Shown: piece after piece, positions 19,879 through 28,849 of the stretch | Layout: each line of letters opens with the position of its first letter | Numbering within the stretch: position 1 is the stretch's first letter | Assembly: GCA_964422865.1 (NCBI GenBank) | Contig: CAYRCU010000002.1 | Coordinates: 8,323-72,322, forward strand | Reading direction: 5' to 3' | Source of the DNA: an uncultured Gammaproteobacteria bacterium | GTDB lineage: Bacteria; Patescibacteriota; Microgenomatia; UBA8517 | DNA: 64,000 nucleotides | Notes under the pieces: generated by a model | Databases searched by the model: none | Told to the model about the DNA's origin: nothing | The model's input: the letters and a program-made list of their open reading frames with translations, nothing else | Made by a program: the position numbers and the translations under genes

Positions 19879-20517
19879 TTGGTAGCATTGGTGTTACTTA
19901 TGCTTCGAAGAGTGGTGGTGGGAATAGTTTTTTTGGGTGTTGCAATTTTGATATTAACGATTTCGATTTTTAGAAGTGCTGCCGTGCACTATTCATTTAA
20001 GTTGTCTTCTGGCGAGCCGGTGATGAAAGAGACGGAGGGAATTGTTGATTACTCTTTGCCTTATCCCGGCAAGGTAACTCCGGAAAGCCTTCTTTGGCCT
20101 TTGAAGGTTGTTCGCGATAAGGCTTGGGTTTTGGCGAACAGCGATCCTTTGAGGAAAGCCGACGTTCTACTTCTTTTATCTGATAAGAGGCTTTTAATGG
20201 GGAAAGGAATTGTTGAAAAAGGAAAGATGGATCTGGGGGTTTCGGTGTTGGTTAAATCTGGGATGTATTTGGATGATTCTTTGAAAATGGTGGAAATGGC
20301 TCAGAGAAAGGGGATGAGCACGTCTGAATTTTTGGGCCGGTTTTCACTGGCTTCACTTAAACATCGTGAAGTATTGGAGACAATTTATAACCTGGTTCCG
20401 GAGGATGGGAGACCCGTTGTGAGCAAGTTGATTGGGAAGACAAATAGTGCTTATGAAAAAAGCTCTCAGTTGCTTCATGAAATTGGCCGAGAACCAGCCA
20501 AAAACCCCTTTGAGTGA
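19879..20517 (+). CDS. hypothetical membrane-anchored protein
   Basis: 212 aa ORF with an N-terminal TM helix; no family recognised. Confidence 0.35.
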   Translation: MVALVLLMLRRVVVGIVFLGVAILILTISIFRSAAVHYSFKLSSGEPVMKETEGIVDYSLPYPGKVTPESLLWPLKVVRDKAWVLANSDPLRKADVLLLLSDKRLLMGKGIVEKGKMDLGVSVLVKSGMYLDDSLKMVEMAQRKGMSTSEFLGRFSLASLKHREVLETIYNLVPEDGRPVVSKLIGKTNSAYEKSSQLLHEIGREPAKNPFE

Positions 20518-20610
20518 TCTATTTTGAGACAATTATTGATAGTTGACACAGGCTATTTGGTGTTTGATGATATCCTTTATCACTAGGAGTGGTGTTTTCT
20601 GTTTTCATAT

Positions 20611-21063
20611 ATGAAATGTCGATTTTGCGGTTTTTCAGAGACACAAGTTTTGGAGTCTCGGGTAAGTGAGGATGGTGATGTGGTCAGACGGAGGAGAGAG
20701 TGTGTTGGGTGTGAGAAGAGATTTACGACGTATGAGCGAGCGAAGCAGAGTGTTCTTTGGGTTGTGAAGAAAGATGGGAGACGCGAATCTTTTGACAGAG
20801 AGAAAACTAAAAGAGGAATACTCAGGGCTATTGAAAAGCGGGCAGTGAGCTTGGATTTGGTGGACGACATTGTTGACAGTGTTGAGCGGGAGATGCTTAA
20901 GAAGCAGAGTGAGGAAGTTTCATCGAGACTTATTGGAAATGCGATTTTGAGAAGATTGAAAAGAGTTGATAAGGTTGCTTGGCTTAGGTTTGCGAGCGTT
21001 TACCTTGAATTTGAAGATTTGGAAGATTTTGAAAAAGCGATGAAAAGCAGGGTTGGGACTTGA
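20611..21063 (+). CDS. nrdR: transcriptional repressor NrdR
   Basis: MKCRFCGF...RRRRECVGCEKRFTTYER zinc-ribbon plus ATP-cone, closely matching NrdR. Confidence 0.85.
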   Translation: MKCRFCGFSETQVLESRVSEDGDVVRRRRECVGCEKRFTTYERAKQSVLWVVKKDGRRESFDREKTKRGILRAIEKRAVSLDLVDDIVDSVEREMLKKQSEEVSSRLIGNAILRRLKRVDKVAWLRFASVYLEFEDLEDFEKAMKSRVGT

Positions 21064-21070
21064 AGGAAAA

Positions 21071-23563
21071 ATGGAAATACAAATTACAGGAGGTTATAAA
21101 AAATACAAGAGAAAAGCGGCGGGGCGCAGTGCAAAGCAATTTCTTGAGTCGATGAAGTTGTGGGCATATGCGGATGTCGTTTCGCAGGTGAAAAAGAGAC
21201 TTGGTAAGGTTCCCGAGAAACCTGTTGATTTACCTGTTGGAGAGTGGAGTGAGCAGGCCCTGCGGGTGCTTGGAGAGAGGTATTTGGTAAAAAATGAAGC
21301 GGGGGATGTCGTGGAGACACCGGAGGATATGTGTTGGAGGGTTTCTTGGGAGATTGCTTCCGCGGAGGTTTTGTGGGGAGCCAGCAGGGCAAAAGTTGAA
21401 GAGGTGGCGCGAGAGTTTTATTCCCTTTTGGTTAACAGGAAGTTTTTGCCGAATTCACCTACACTTATGAATGCCGGGACGGGAAACAATTTACAGTTTT
21501 CTGCCTGTTTTGTTTTGCCGGTGGAGGATTCCATGGAGGGAATTTTTGATGCTCTTAAAAATCAGGCAATGATTCATAAAAGTGGTGGCGGTACAGGATT
21601 TTCTTTTACAAGACTTAGGCCAAGAGGGTCGATAGTGAAGACAAGTACTGGGACTGCTTCCGGTCCCGTGAGTTTTATGAGGATTTTTGATGCGGCTACG
21701 AATGAGGTGAAGCAGGGAGGGAAGAGGAGAGGAGCCAATATGGGGATACTTCGTGTGGATCATCCGGACATACAGGAATTTATTCACTGCAAAGACGAAG
21801 GCGGAATATCGAACTTTAATATTTCGGTTGCGATTACGGATAAATTCATGGAAGCTTTGGATAGTGGTGGTGATTATGACTTGATTGACCCCAGGAATGG
21901 AAAGAAGGCGGGATCTTTGTCTGCGGCGGAGGTATTTAATGAAATAGCGGAAAGTGCTTGGCGTACCGGAGATCCGGGGCTTGTGTTTATTGATCAGATA
22001 AACAAGAGCAGTGCGAATCCTGTTCCGGGTCTTGGGCCGATTGAAGCTACGAACCCATGCGGAGAGCAACCATTGTACCCTTTTGATTCTTGTAATTTGG
22101 GGAGTATTTTTCTTACTTATTTTGTAAGGGATATGGATAATGGAAGGCGCGGCGTGGATTGGAGAGAACTTAAAAAGACAATAAGGAAGGCTGTTCGATT
22201 TATGGATAATGTTATCGAAGTGAACCCTTATCCTTTGGATTCAATCAGAAGGATGTCTTTGGGGGTTAGAAGGATAGGACTTGGAATTGGGGGGTGGGCG
22301 GACATGTTGATTGAACTTGGGATTCCTTATGATTCAGAGGAGGCCCTGGAACTTGCCAGAAAAGTTATGAAGACAATATCGGAGGAGGCAAGTTTGGAGA
22401 GTCAGAGGCTTGCTCAGGAAAGAGGACCCTTTCCTCTCTTTGAATATAGTATTTATAAAAACAGCAAGCCACGGAGACATTCAACTGTTACAACAATTGC
22501 GCCTACGGGAAGTATTTCAATAATTGCCGATGCTTCCGGGGGAATAGAACCGATATTTGCCATTGCCTATAGACATGTTGTGAAAGATAAGCATCTTGAT
22601 AGGACTTTAACGTTTATAAATCCAAGATTTGAGGAAGTTTCAAGAGCGCGGGGTTTTTGGAATGAGGAGATACGAAAGGTTGTTTTGGAACACGGAACTG
22701 TTCGAGGCATTTCTGAAATCCCAAAGGATGTGAGAGATGTTTTTGGGACTGCGCATGAAATTCATCACGATTGGCATATTAGAATGCAGGCTGCGTTTCA
22801 GGAATTTACAGAAAATGCTGTCAGCAAAACTATAAATTTGCGGAATGAAGTGAACGTTGAGGATATAAAGGAGGTTTACAAGTTTAGCTGGAAGTCCGGT
22901 TGTCGAGGAATAACGGTTTTTAGAGACGGATGCAAGGATATGCAGGTTTTGAATTTGGGAATTAAAGATGGGAGTGAAAAGGAAATATTGGAGGACGGGG
23001 AGCGAATGGTTGAAAGGTCGTATAAGGTAGCGGGCTCAACGTATAAGCTTGATACTCCGGTGGGTACGGCTTTTGTGACTATTAATGAGGATGGGGACGG
23101 AGAGCCGATTGAAGTTTTCATAAATGTTGGAAAGGCCGGGAGTGATGTTACGGCTGTTGCGGAGGCTTTGGGAAGAATGATCTCAACCTCTTTGAGACTG
23201 AAAGGATATCTTTCTCCCAGAGAGCGAGCTCAGGAAATTGCCCATCAACTTTCCGGGATTGGGGGAAGAAGAAGTGTTGGCTTTGGCCCTAATAGGATCA
23301 GAAGTTTACCGGATGCCGTGGCGGTGGCTTTGGGCAACCATTTGGGTTTTAAATTGAATGGAAGCGGGAAGCATAATGTTGATGGGAGAGTAAACACACA
23401 CAGTGAAGGTGGTAACGGTACTATGGGGAAGGAGGCGACCGAAAAGATGCAGGCGCAAACTCAGTTTGTTGGGGGAGATATTTGCCCATCTTGCGGGTCG
23501 GGGACGTTTATATATGAGGAAGGTTGTTCGAAGTGTTATGCCTGCGGACACAGTGAGTGCTAG
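21071..23563 (+). CDS. nrdJ: ribonucleotide reductase, class II (adenosylcobalamin-dependent)
   Basis: PTLMNAGT, CFVLPVEDSMEGIF and SGGGTGFSFTRLRPRGS motifs of B12-dependent RNR; C-terminal Cys-rich zinc ribbon; start placed at the Met after the nrdR stop. Confidence 0.85.
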   Translation: MEIQITGGYKKYKRKAAGRSAKQFLESMKLWAYADVVSQVKKRLGKVPEKPVDLPVGEWSEQALRVLGERYLVKNEAGDVVETPEDMCWRVSWEIASAEVLWGASRAKVEEVAREFYSLLVNRKFLPNSPTLMNAGTGNNLQFSACFVLPVEDSMEGIFDALKNQAMIHKSGGGTGFSFTRLRPRGSIVKTSTGTASGPVSFMRIFDAATNEVKQGGKRRGANMGILRVDHPDIQEFIHCKDEGGISNFNISVAITDKFMEALDSGGDYDLIDPRNGKKAGSLSAAEVFNEIAESAWRTGDPGLVFIDQINKSSANPVPGLGPIEATNPCGEQPLYPFDSCNLGSIFLTYFVRDMDNGRRGVDWRELKKTIRKAVRFMDNVIEVNPYPLDSIRRMSLGVRRIGLGIGGWADMLIELGIPYDSEEALELARKVMKTISEEASLESQRLAQERGPFPLFEYSIYKNSKPRRHSTVTTIAPTGSISIIADASGGIEPIFAIAYRHVVKDKHLDRTLTFINPRFEEVSRARGFWNEEIRKVVLEHGTVRGISEIPKDVRDVFGTAHEIHHDWHIRMQAAFQEFTENAVSKTINLRNEVNVEDIKEVYKFSWKSGCRGITVFRDGCKDMQVLNLGIKDGSEKEILEDGERMVERSYKVAGSTYKLDTPVGTAFVTINEDGDGEPIEVFINVGKAGSDVTAVAEALGRMISTSLRLKGYLSPRERAQEIAHQLSGIGGRRSVGFGPNRIRSLPDAVAVALGNHLGFKLNGSGKHNVDGRVNTHSEGGNGTMGKEATEKMQAQTQFVGGDICPSCGSGTFIYEEGCSKCYACGHSEC

Positions 23564-23569
23564 GGAGTA

Positions 23570-24103
23570 ATGGGAACTGTTTATACTAAAAAAGGAGATA
23601 AGGGAATGACCAGTTTTATTGACGGGAAGCGCGTTGTTAAGGGTGATGTGAGAGCCTGGGTTGTTGGTAGTTTTGATGAGGTAAATAGCTGGTTGGGGGT
23701 GATTATTAGTGAGTGTGAGGATGTGGGTCTTCGAGGTGTGCTGAGAGATGTTCAGAGAGATTTGTTTATCGTTAATTCTATTTTGGTTGGGGCAAAATTG
23801 CGGTTTGGTAAAAGTAAGACGATAAAGCTTGAAAGAAAGATTGATAAGATTGAGAAGGGGCTGCCAAAATTAACTAATTTTATTCTTCCCGGAGGTTCGA
23901 GATTGAGTGCGAAACTGCATTACGGGAGGGTGCTGGTGCGGCGCGCGGAGCGACATTTGGTGCTTTTAAATGAGGAAGAGAAAGTGTCTTCTTTGATCTT
24001 GATGTATGTTAACAGACTTTCGGATTTTATGTTTGTGCTGGCTAGGGAGGCGAACCTTAGGAGTGGGGTTTTGGAGGAAGTTTGGAAGACTTGGGAGGGG
24101 TGA
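23570..24103 (+). CDS. ATP:cob(I)alamin adenosyltransferase, PduO type
   Basis: YTKKGDKGMTSF...GSFDEVNSWLG matches the PduO/MMAB N-terminal motif (TRTGDKGTTSL...DELNS). Confidence 0.75.
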   Translation: MGTVYTKKGDKGMTSFIDGKRVVKGDVRAWVVGSFDEVNSWLGVIISECEDVGLRGVLRDVQRDLFIVNSILVGAKLRFGKSKTIKLERKIDKIEKGLPKLTNFILPGGSRLSAKLHYGRVLVRRAERHLVLLNEEEKVSSLILMYVNRLSDFMFVLAREANLRSGVLEEVWKTWEG

Positions 24104-24115
24104 TACAATGGTTTT

Positions 24116-24448
24116 ATGTCGAGCGTTGAGTATGAGCCGAAGGCTTCAACTTTGGAGGTAGATCCGGAGAAAAGGGATGCACAGACTTTGAGCGAGTTTG
24201 GTGTTCAAAGGAGACCTGTGTCTCCAAAGACTATTACGGATGATGGTGGACAAGTTGTTGCGCAAAGTGTTGGGGATGATTCGGACGGGGCTATTGAAAC
24301 GGTTGAGGTTCCGTATACCGAGGATCAGGCCAGAGCGGTGAGCAAGGGAGACGTGAGTGATGCGAAGACTTGGTTTGGGGCAATGCTTCTAAGGAAGATT
24401 AAAAAAGCTTTTGTGCAAGGTTTGAGCGTGATTGTGAAGTCTGAATAA
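24116..24448 (+). CDS. hypothetical acidic protein
   Basis: 110 aa, D/E-rich ORF directly upstream of the coupling-protein-like gene. Confidence 0.3.
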   Translation: MSSVEYEPKASTLEVDPEKRDAQTLSEFGVQRRPVSPKTITDDGGQVVAQSVGDDSDGAIETVEVPYTEDQARAVSKGDVSDAKTWFGAMLLRKIKKAFVQGLSVIVKSE

Positions 24449-24463
24449 GTTAAAATAGGAAAA

Positions 24464-26785
24464 ATGGATATATTGGAACTGGTGTTTTATTCTCTGATTA
24501 TTTTGACTTTGGCATTTATTGTTGGAGTGGGGTTAGGGTGGTTTTTTTTCAATATTTGGAAACATAGAAGGAGAGAGAAGAGGAGTTTAGATTCAGTACT
24601 TTTGGAGGTGGCGGTTCCGAGGGGGAATGAAATAAAGATCGATGCTATGGAGCAGCTTATTTCTTCTTTGTATTCGGTTAGGAAGGGTGGATGGAAAATG
24701 CGTTTTGATGCACAGCCTGTGATTAGCTTTGAGATTATTGCCAGACCTGAGGATATTCGGTTTTATGTTTGGACGTTTAGAAAGCTTAAGGATCTTGTGG
24801 AGAAGCAGATTCACGGGGCTTACCCGGATGCACAGGTGGAGGAAGTTGAGGAACAGAATGTTTTTAGTGAAGAGGGGAAGGTTGCTTATAAAGCGTTTCA
24901 GCTTAAGAAAGAGAATTTTTATCCCATTAGAACTTACAAGGAATTGCCTACCGATTCCATGGCTTCTATTACTTCGGCTTTGGCCAAAATGGGTGAAGGA
25001 GAGGCAGCAATTATTCAAGTGTTGATTTCACCTGCGGATTCTAAATGGCAGGGCGGAGGGAAAGATTTTATTTCAAGCACAAAGAAGAGTGAAAGTGATC
25101 CTGAGAAGGCGAGCTATTCGACCTCTGCGAGGAAACTTGAGGCCGTAGAGAATAAAGTAGGAAAACCCGGATTTGAAACTTCCATTAGAGTGGTTGTTGT
25201 AAGCAGCAGTGAGGAGGCTGCAAAAGTGCATCTTTCGAATATTTCAAGTGCTTTTGAACAATTTAATGGAGAGTTTAACGGATTTGGGGGGAGGAAAATC
25301 CGGAATAAAGGGGCTTTTATGGAGGAGGTTATTTACAGGTATCACCCGATTTTTAACTTTGGGGGAAACAGGGTGAGCATATTAAATGCAGAGGAGATTT
25401 CAACTGTTTTTCATTTTCCAAATAAGCTTATTACTACCCCTCATATTTTTTGGCTGAATGCGAAGACTGCTCCCGCTCCTTCTGAAATTCCCACTGAAGG
25501 GTTGTACCTTGGGCTAAGCCGCTATCGAGGAATGGAAAGGAAGGTTTATATTTCCGAAGAGGATAGGCAGAGGCATATGTATATTATCGGGAAGACGGGG
25601 ACCGGAAAGAGTGAGTTTTTGAAAGCAATGATACGACAGGATATTAATGCCGGGCACGGACTTTGTTTTATGGATCCTCATGGAGATGCTGTGGAGGACC
25701 TTTTGAATTACATTCCCCCGGAGAGGGCAGAGGATGTTATTTACTTTAGACCGGGGGATACTGCGCGTCCGATGGGACTGAATCTGTTGGAAGCTAAAAC
25801 CGAGGATCAGAAGCATTTTGTTTCCACTTCTGTTATTAACATGATGTACAAGCTTTTTGATCCTTATAAGACCGGCATTGTGGGGCCCAGGTTTGAGCAT
25901 GCTGTGAGGAATGCGATGCTTACTGTGATGAGTGAAGAGGGGACAACGTTTATTGAGGTGATGAGGATACTGACTGATTCGAAGTATGTGCAGGAGATGC
26001 TGCCTAAAGTCCAGGACCCGATTGTGAGGAGGTATTGGACGGATCAGATTGCACAAACAAGCGACTTCCATAAATCTGAGGTTCTTGATTATATAACCAG
26101 CAAGTTCGGGAGATTTGTTACCAACAAAATGGTTAGAAATATTATTGGGCAAAGCAAGAGCAGTTTCAATTTTAGAGAGGTTATGGATAACGGGAAGATA
26201 CTTCTTATTAACCTTAGCAAGGGAGACCTTGGAGAGGAGAACTCGAACTTTTTAGGTTTAATTTTGGTACCCAGAATATTGATGGCCGCTATGAGCAGGG
26301 CCGACATGCCGGAAGAACAAAGAAGGAGCTTTTATTTATATGTTGATGAGTTTCAGAATTTTGCCACTCCTGATTTTGCTCAAATATTATCCGAGGCGCG
26401 AAAGTATCGCCTAAGCTTGACGGTTGCCAATCAGTTTATAGGGCAAGTGGATGAGGAGGTTAAAAATGCTGTTTTTGGGAATGTTGGAACCTTGGTTTCT
26501 TACAGGGTGGGGGTGACGGATGCAAATTATTTGGCGCATGAGTATAGGCCTGTGTTTGAGGAGGATGATTTATTAAACATTGAGAGATATCATGTTTATA
26601 TAAAGACGACTGTAAACAATGAGCCTGTTCAGCCTTTTAGTATGGACATGACTATGGATATGGACGAGGTGAGGAAAAAGAGTAATCCGAAAGTTGCGGA
26701 AGTGATTCGGGAGATGAGCAGACTTAAGTACGGAAGGGACGCGCGATTGGTGGAGGCTGAGATTGCGAGGAGGGCGAGGTTGTAG
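24464..26785 (+). CDS. type IV secretion coupling protein-like ATPase (TraD/TrwB/VirD4 family), N-terminal TM
   Basis: IIGKTGTGKSEFL Walker A, DPHGD, FRPGD...GLNLLE, YVDEFQNF Walker B-like; resembles the TrwB GATGTGKS...DPNGD...NPxD pattern. Confidence 0.6.
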   Translation: MDILELVFYSLIILTLAFIVGVGLGWFFFNIWKHRRREKRSLDSVLLEVAVPRGNEIKIDAMEQLISSLYSVRKGGWKMRFDAQPVISFEIIARPEDIRFYVWTFRKLKDLVEKQIHGAYPDAQVEEVEEQNVFSEEGKVAYKAFQLKKENFYPIRTYKELPTDSMASITSALAKMGEGEAAIIQVLISPADSKWQGGGKDFISSTKKSESDPEKASYSTSARKLEAVENKVGKPGFETSIRVVVVSSSEEAAKVHLSNISSAFEQFNGEFNGFGGRKIRNKGAFMEEVIYRYHPIFNFGGNRVSILNAEEISTVFHFPNKLITTPHIFWLNAKTAPAPSEIPTEGLYLGLSRYRGMERKVYISEEDRQRHMYIIGKTGTGKSEFLKAMIRQDINAGHGLCFMDPHGDAVEDLLNYIPPERAEDVIYFRPGDTARPMGLNLLEAKTEDQKHFVSTSVINMMYKLFDPYKTGIVGPRFEHAVRNAMLTVMSEEGTTFIEVMRILTDSKYVQEMLPKVQDPIVRRYWTDQIAQTSDFHKSEVLDYITSKFGRFVTNKMVRNIIGQSKSSFNFREVMDNGKILLINLSKGDLGEENSNFLGLILVPRILMAAMSRADMPEEQRRSFYLYVDEFQNFATPDFAQILSEARKYRLSLTVANQFIGQVDEEVKNAVFGNVGTLVSYRVGVTDANYLAHEYRPVFEEDDLLNIERYHVYIKTTVNNEPVQPFSMDMTMDMDEVRKKSNPKVAEVIREMSRLKYGRDARLVEAEIARRARL

Positions 26786-26815
26786 CGAGGAGTTTGTGGT
26801 AAAATGTGGTGGTTT

Positions 26816-26888
26816 GGAGCCGTAACTCAGTGGTTAGAGTGCCAATCTTATAAGTTGGAAGTCGATGGTTCGAATCCATCCGGCTCCA
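26816..26888 (+). tRNA. tRNA-Ile (anticodon TAT)
   Basis: 73 nt cloverleaf: acceptor GGAGCCG/CGGCTCC, D stem ACTC/GAGT, anticodon stem CCAAT/GTTGG with loop CTTATAA, T arm GATGG-TTCGAAT-CCATC. Confidence 0.75.
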
Positions 26889-27180
26889 CAAAACAGTTTC
26901 GCCGTACGTCTTCGGAACGCATTGAAAAGAACTTCGTGTTGTGCATGGCGAATCCATCCGGCTCCACAAAACAGTTCCGCCGTACGTCTTCGGAACGCTT
27001 TGAAAGGAAAGAAGTTTATGCATGGCGAATCCATCCGGCTCCACAAAACAGTTTCGCCGTACGTCTTCGGAACGCATTGAAAAGAACTTCGTGTTGTGCA
27101 TGGCGAATCCATCCGGCTCCACAAAACAGTTCCGCCGTATGTCTAAAGGAACGCATTGGAAGGAAGTTTGGGAGTTTGTT
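26871..27180. repeat. 4 tandem units (~78 bp) that each begin with the 3' end of the tRNA-Ile(TAT) gene
   Basis: GAATCCATCCGGCTCCACAAAACAGTTYCGCCGTACGTCTTCGGAACGC... starts at 26871, 26949, 27026 and 27104; the first unit is the tRNA 3' end itself. Confidence 0.85.
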
Positions 27181-27182
27181 AA

Positions 27183-28046
27183 TTAGAGTTCTTCGAGCAC
27201 CTGTTTTTTGCCGGGTTCTTTTATTTGTGCAAGTTCAAGATAGCGCTCTGTGGTCGAGAGGCGTTTGTGACCCGCGGCTTGAGAGATTGTTACAAGGTCA
27301 ACTCCGCGCTTTAAGTTTTCTATGATGAACGTGTTTCTGAGATCGTTGACTGAATAGCCCGGGATTTCCGCTTTTTGCATGTAGCGATCGATTGCGGCTC
27401 TGATGTTTCTTACTGCCAGGGGATGTCCGTTTTTGCTTATAAACAGGTATTCTGATTGAGTGTTTGAACGGGATCTGATGTAGGTTTCGATGGCTTCTTT
27501 GGCCGGTTGGTTGAGGAAGATTTTCCGCTCAGGTTGGGTGGCGTGGGCTTCGATGAAAATTTCTCCCTTCTTGATGTTTTTGAGTTTTAGGTTTGCAACT
27601 TCTGATATTCTGAGGCCGGTCTGGAGAATGATTTCAACTATTGCTGCCATTCTGGGGTCTGTACGAACGACGTCTCTTAGGGCTCTATATTCGATTTGGG
27701 AGAGGAATTTGGGTGCAGTGTTTTCGATTTTGGGGTGTGAAACGTCTTTTGAATGGTCGAACTGGATTACTCCCTGATCTTTGGCCCATCTAAAAAAGGT
27801 TTTGACGGCATTTAATTTTCTTGAGACTGATTTGGGAGTATATTTTTGTGCAAGAAGGGTGTCGCGAAAGGTTTCGAGATCTTTCTGTGTTATATCGGAA
27901 ACCACGCTTTTTGAAGTTTTTGCGAGATGTTGAGTTAGTTGTTCTAAATCAGATTTATAGGCTAGAATGGTTGAGGGCGAGCGACCTAGCTCTTGGAGAT
28001 GAGATATGAACTTTGGTAGTAAGATTATTAACGTTTCCTGGCTCAT
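27183..28046 (-). CDS. tyrosine-type site-specific recombinase/integrase
   Basis: C-terminal catalytic region AGHKRLSTTERYLE (HxxR...Y) plus upstream R; 287 aa; stop codon abuts the tRNA-fragment repeat array. Confidence 0.8.
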   Translation of the reverse strand: MSQETLIILLPKFISHLQELGRSPSTILAYKSDLEQLTQHLAKTSKSVVSDITQKDLETFRDTLLAQKYTPKSVSRKLNAVKTFFRWAKDQGVIQFDHSKDVSHPKIENTAPKFLSQIEYRALRDVVRTDPRMAAIVEIILQTGLRISEVANLKLKNIKKGEIFIEAHATQPERKIFLNQPAKEAIETYIRSRSNTQSEYLFISKNGHPLAVRNIRAAIDRYMQKAEIPGYSVNDLRNTFIIENLKRGVDLVTISQAAGHKRLSTTERYLELAQIKEPGKKQVLEEL

Positions 28047-28079
28047 TTTTGTGGATTTGGTTTATATCATAGCATAAAA

Positions 28080-28523
28080 ATGTGTCACGTCAACACTATA
28101 AGATATGTTATTATAAGCATGAAAAGTGATATTAAAACAGCCGGTTTAACCTTAAAAATTGGGTTTTTGATGAGACACGCTTACCTTGTTTTGGCTTTTT
28201 TGGTGGCGGCCAGTTTGGTTCGAAATATGATAAGGGTGATTTCTGCTCAAAAGAAACTGGATGAGGTTAGAGAGAGACTTGTTGAGTTTGAAAGGGAGAA
28301 CAAGGAGCTTGAGAATGAACTTGAGAAAATTTCGAGCGAGTTTTATGTGGAGAGTCAAGCGAGGAATAAGCTGGGACTTGCGAGGGAGGGTGAGGTGATT
28401 TTGGTATTGCCTTCAGAGGAGAAGGTGAAGCAGTTTTCAACAAGAAGAACAGAAGATGAAAAATATACATTTCCACCCCCAAACTGGAAAAAATGGATAG
28501 AAATGTTTATAGGCTCGAGTTAA
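28080..28523 (+). CDS. cell division protein FtsB/DivIC-like (septum formation initiator)
   Basis: Single TM helix followed by a coiled coil and YVESQARNKLGLAREGEVILVLP, typical of the FtsB/DivIC C-terminal motif; true start probably at an internal Met. Confidence 0.55.
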   Translation: MCHVNTIRYVIISMKSDIKTAGLTLKIGFLMRHAYLVLAFLVAASLVRNMIRVISAQKKLDEVRERLVEFERENKELENELEKISSEFYVESQARNKLGLAREGEVILVLPSEEKVKQFSTRRTEDEKYTFPPPNWKKWIEMFIGSS

Positions 28524-28602
28524 GTTTGAAACCTTCAATGTGGCTGGGTTCGATTTCTTGCAGTGTTTGAGCTGGGAGGTTATAATTGCTGTGTTCTTTA
28601 CG

Positions 28603-28672
28603 TGCGGGGTAGTGTACGGCTGCACGCGAGGCTCATAATCTCGCAGACCGGGTTCGATTCCCGGCTCCGCAA
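28603..28672 (+). tRNA. tRNA-Met (anticodon CAT), compact
   Basis: Acceptor TGCGGGG/CTCCGCA, D stem GTGT/GCAC, anticodon stem CGAGG/TCTCG with loop CTCATAA, T arm CCGGG-TTCGATT-CCCGG. Confidence 0.65.
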
Positions 28673-28690
28673 CACGGATAAACTAGTTGG

Positions 28691-28849
28691 GGTGAGCTTG
28701 GGTTGGGAAGCAGGAGCTTGGCCAACTGGATATTAGATTAGCCAGGGTAGCTCAGTTGGTAAGCAAAGCTTGGCCAACTGGATATTAGATTAGCCAGGGT
28801 AGCTCAGTTGGTAAGCAAAGCTTGGCCACCTGAGCAAATTGATAAGCCA
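28691..28849. repeat. tandem units made of the tRNA(CAT) 5' fragment followed by a hairpin-forming conserved motif
   Basis: Units at 28741-28792 and 28793-28849 are GCCAGGGTAGCTCAGTTGGTA + AGCAAAGCTTGGCCA(A/C)CTG...; a degenerate unit lies at 28691-28740; downstream CCAACTG is complementary to the D-loop CAGTTGG. Confidence 0.8.

Noticed and set aside
20520-20610. NrdR box upstream of nrdR and nrdJ
   Set aside because: Only a weak partial palindrome (CACTAGGAGTG) without the AT-rich core of the NrdR-box consensus. Not convincing by eye.
20870-21070. Cobalamin riboswitch in front of the B12-dependent RNR
   Set aside because: The nrdR stop and nrdJ start are 8 nt apart, leaving no room for a leader. 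B12 riboswitches are also not expected upstream of the B12-using enzyme.
21491-22069. Antisense or shadow ORFs inside long genes (for example 21491-22069 minus, 10629-11339 minus, 40031-40558 minus, 61704-62324 minus, 13961-14436 plus)
   Set aside because: They overlap well-supported CDSs on the opposite strand, have no motifs and biased low-complexity translations. They are typical shadow ORFs.
26871-27180. Possible CRISPR array (regularly spaced repeats of about 78 bp period)
   Set aside because: Units are near-identical along their whole length, with no unique spacers. They begin with the tRNA-Ile 3' end and have no flanking cas genes. Tandem att-like direct repeats is the better call.
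28691-28849. Possible CRISPR array or extra tRNA genes
   Set aside because: Units lack a T-arm and 3' acceptor strand, so they are not tRNAs. There are no spacer-like unique segments. They are interpreted as tRNA 5' fragment plus hairpin repeats.
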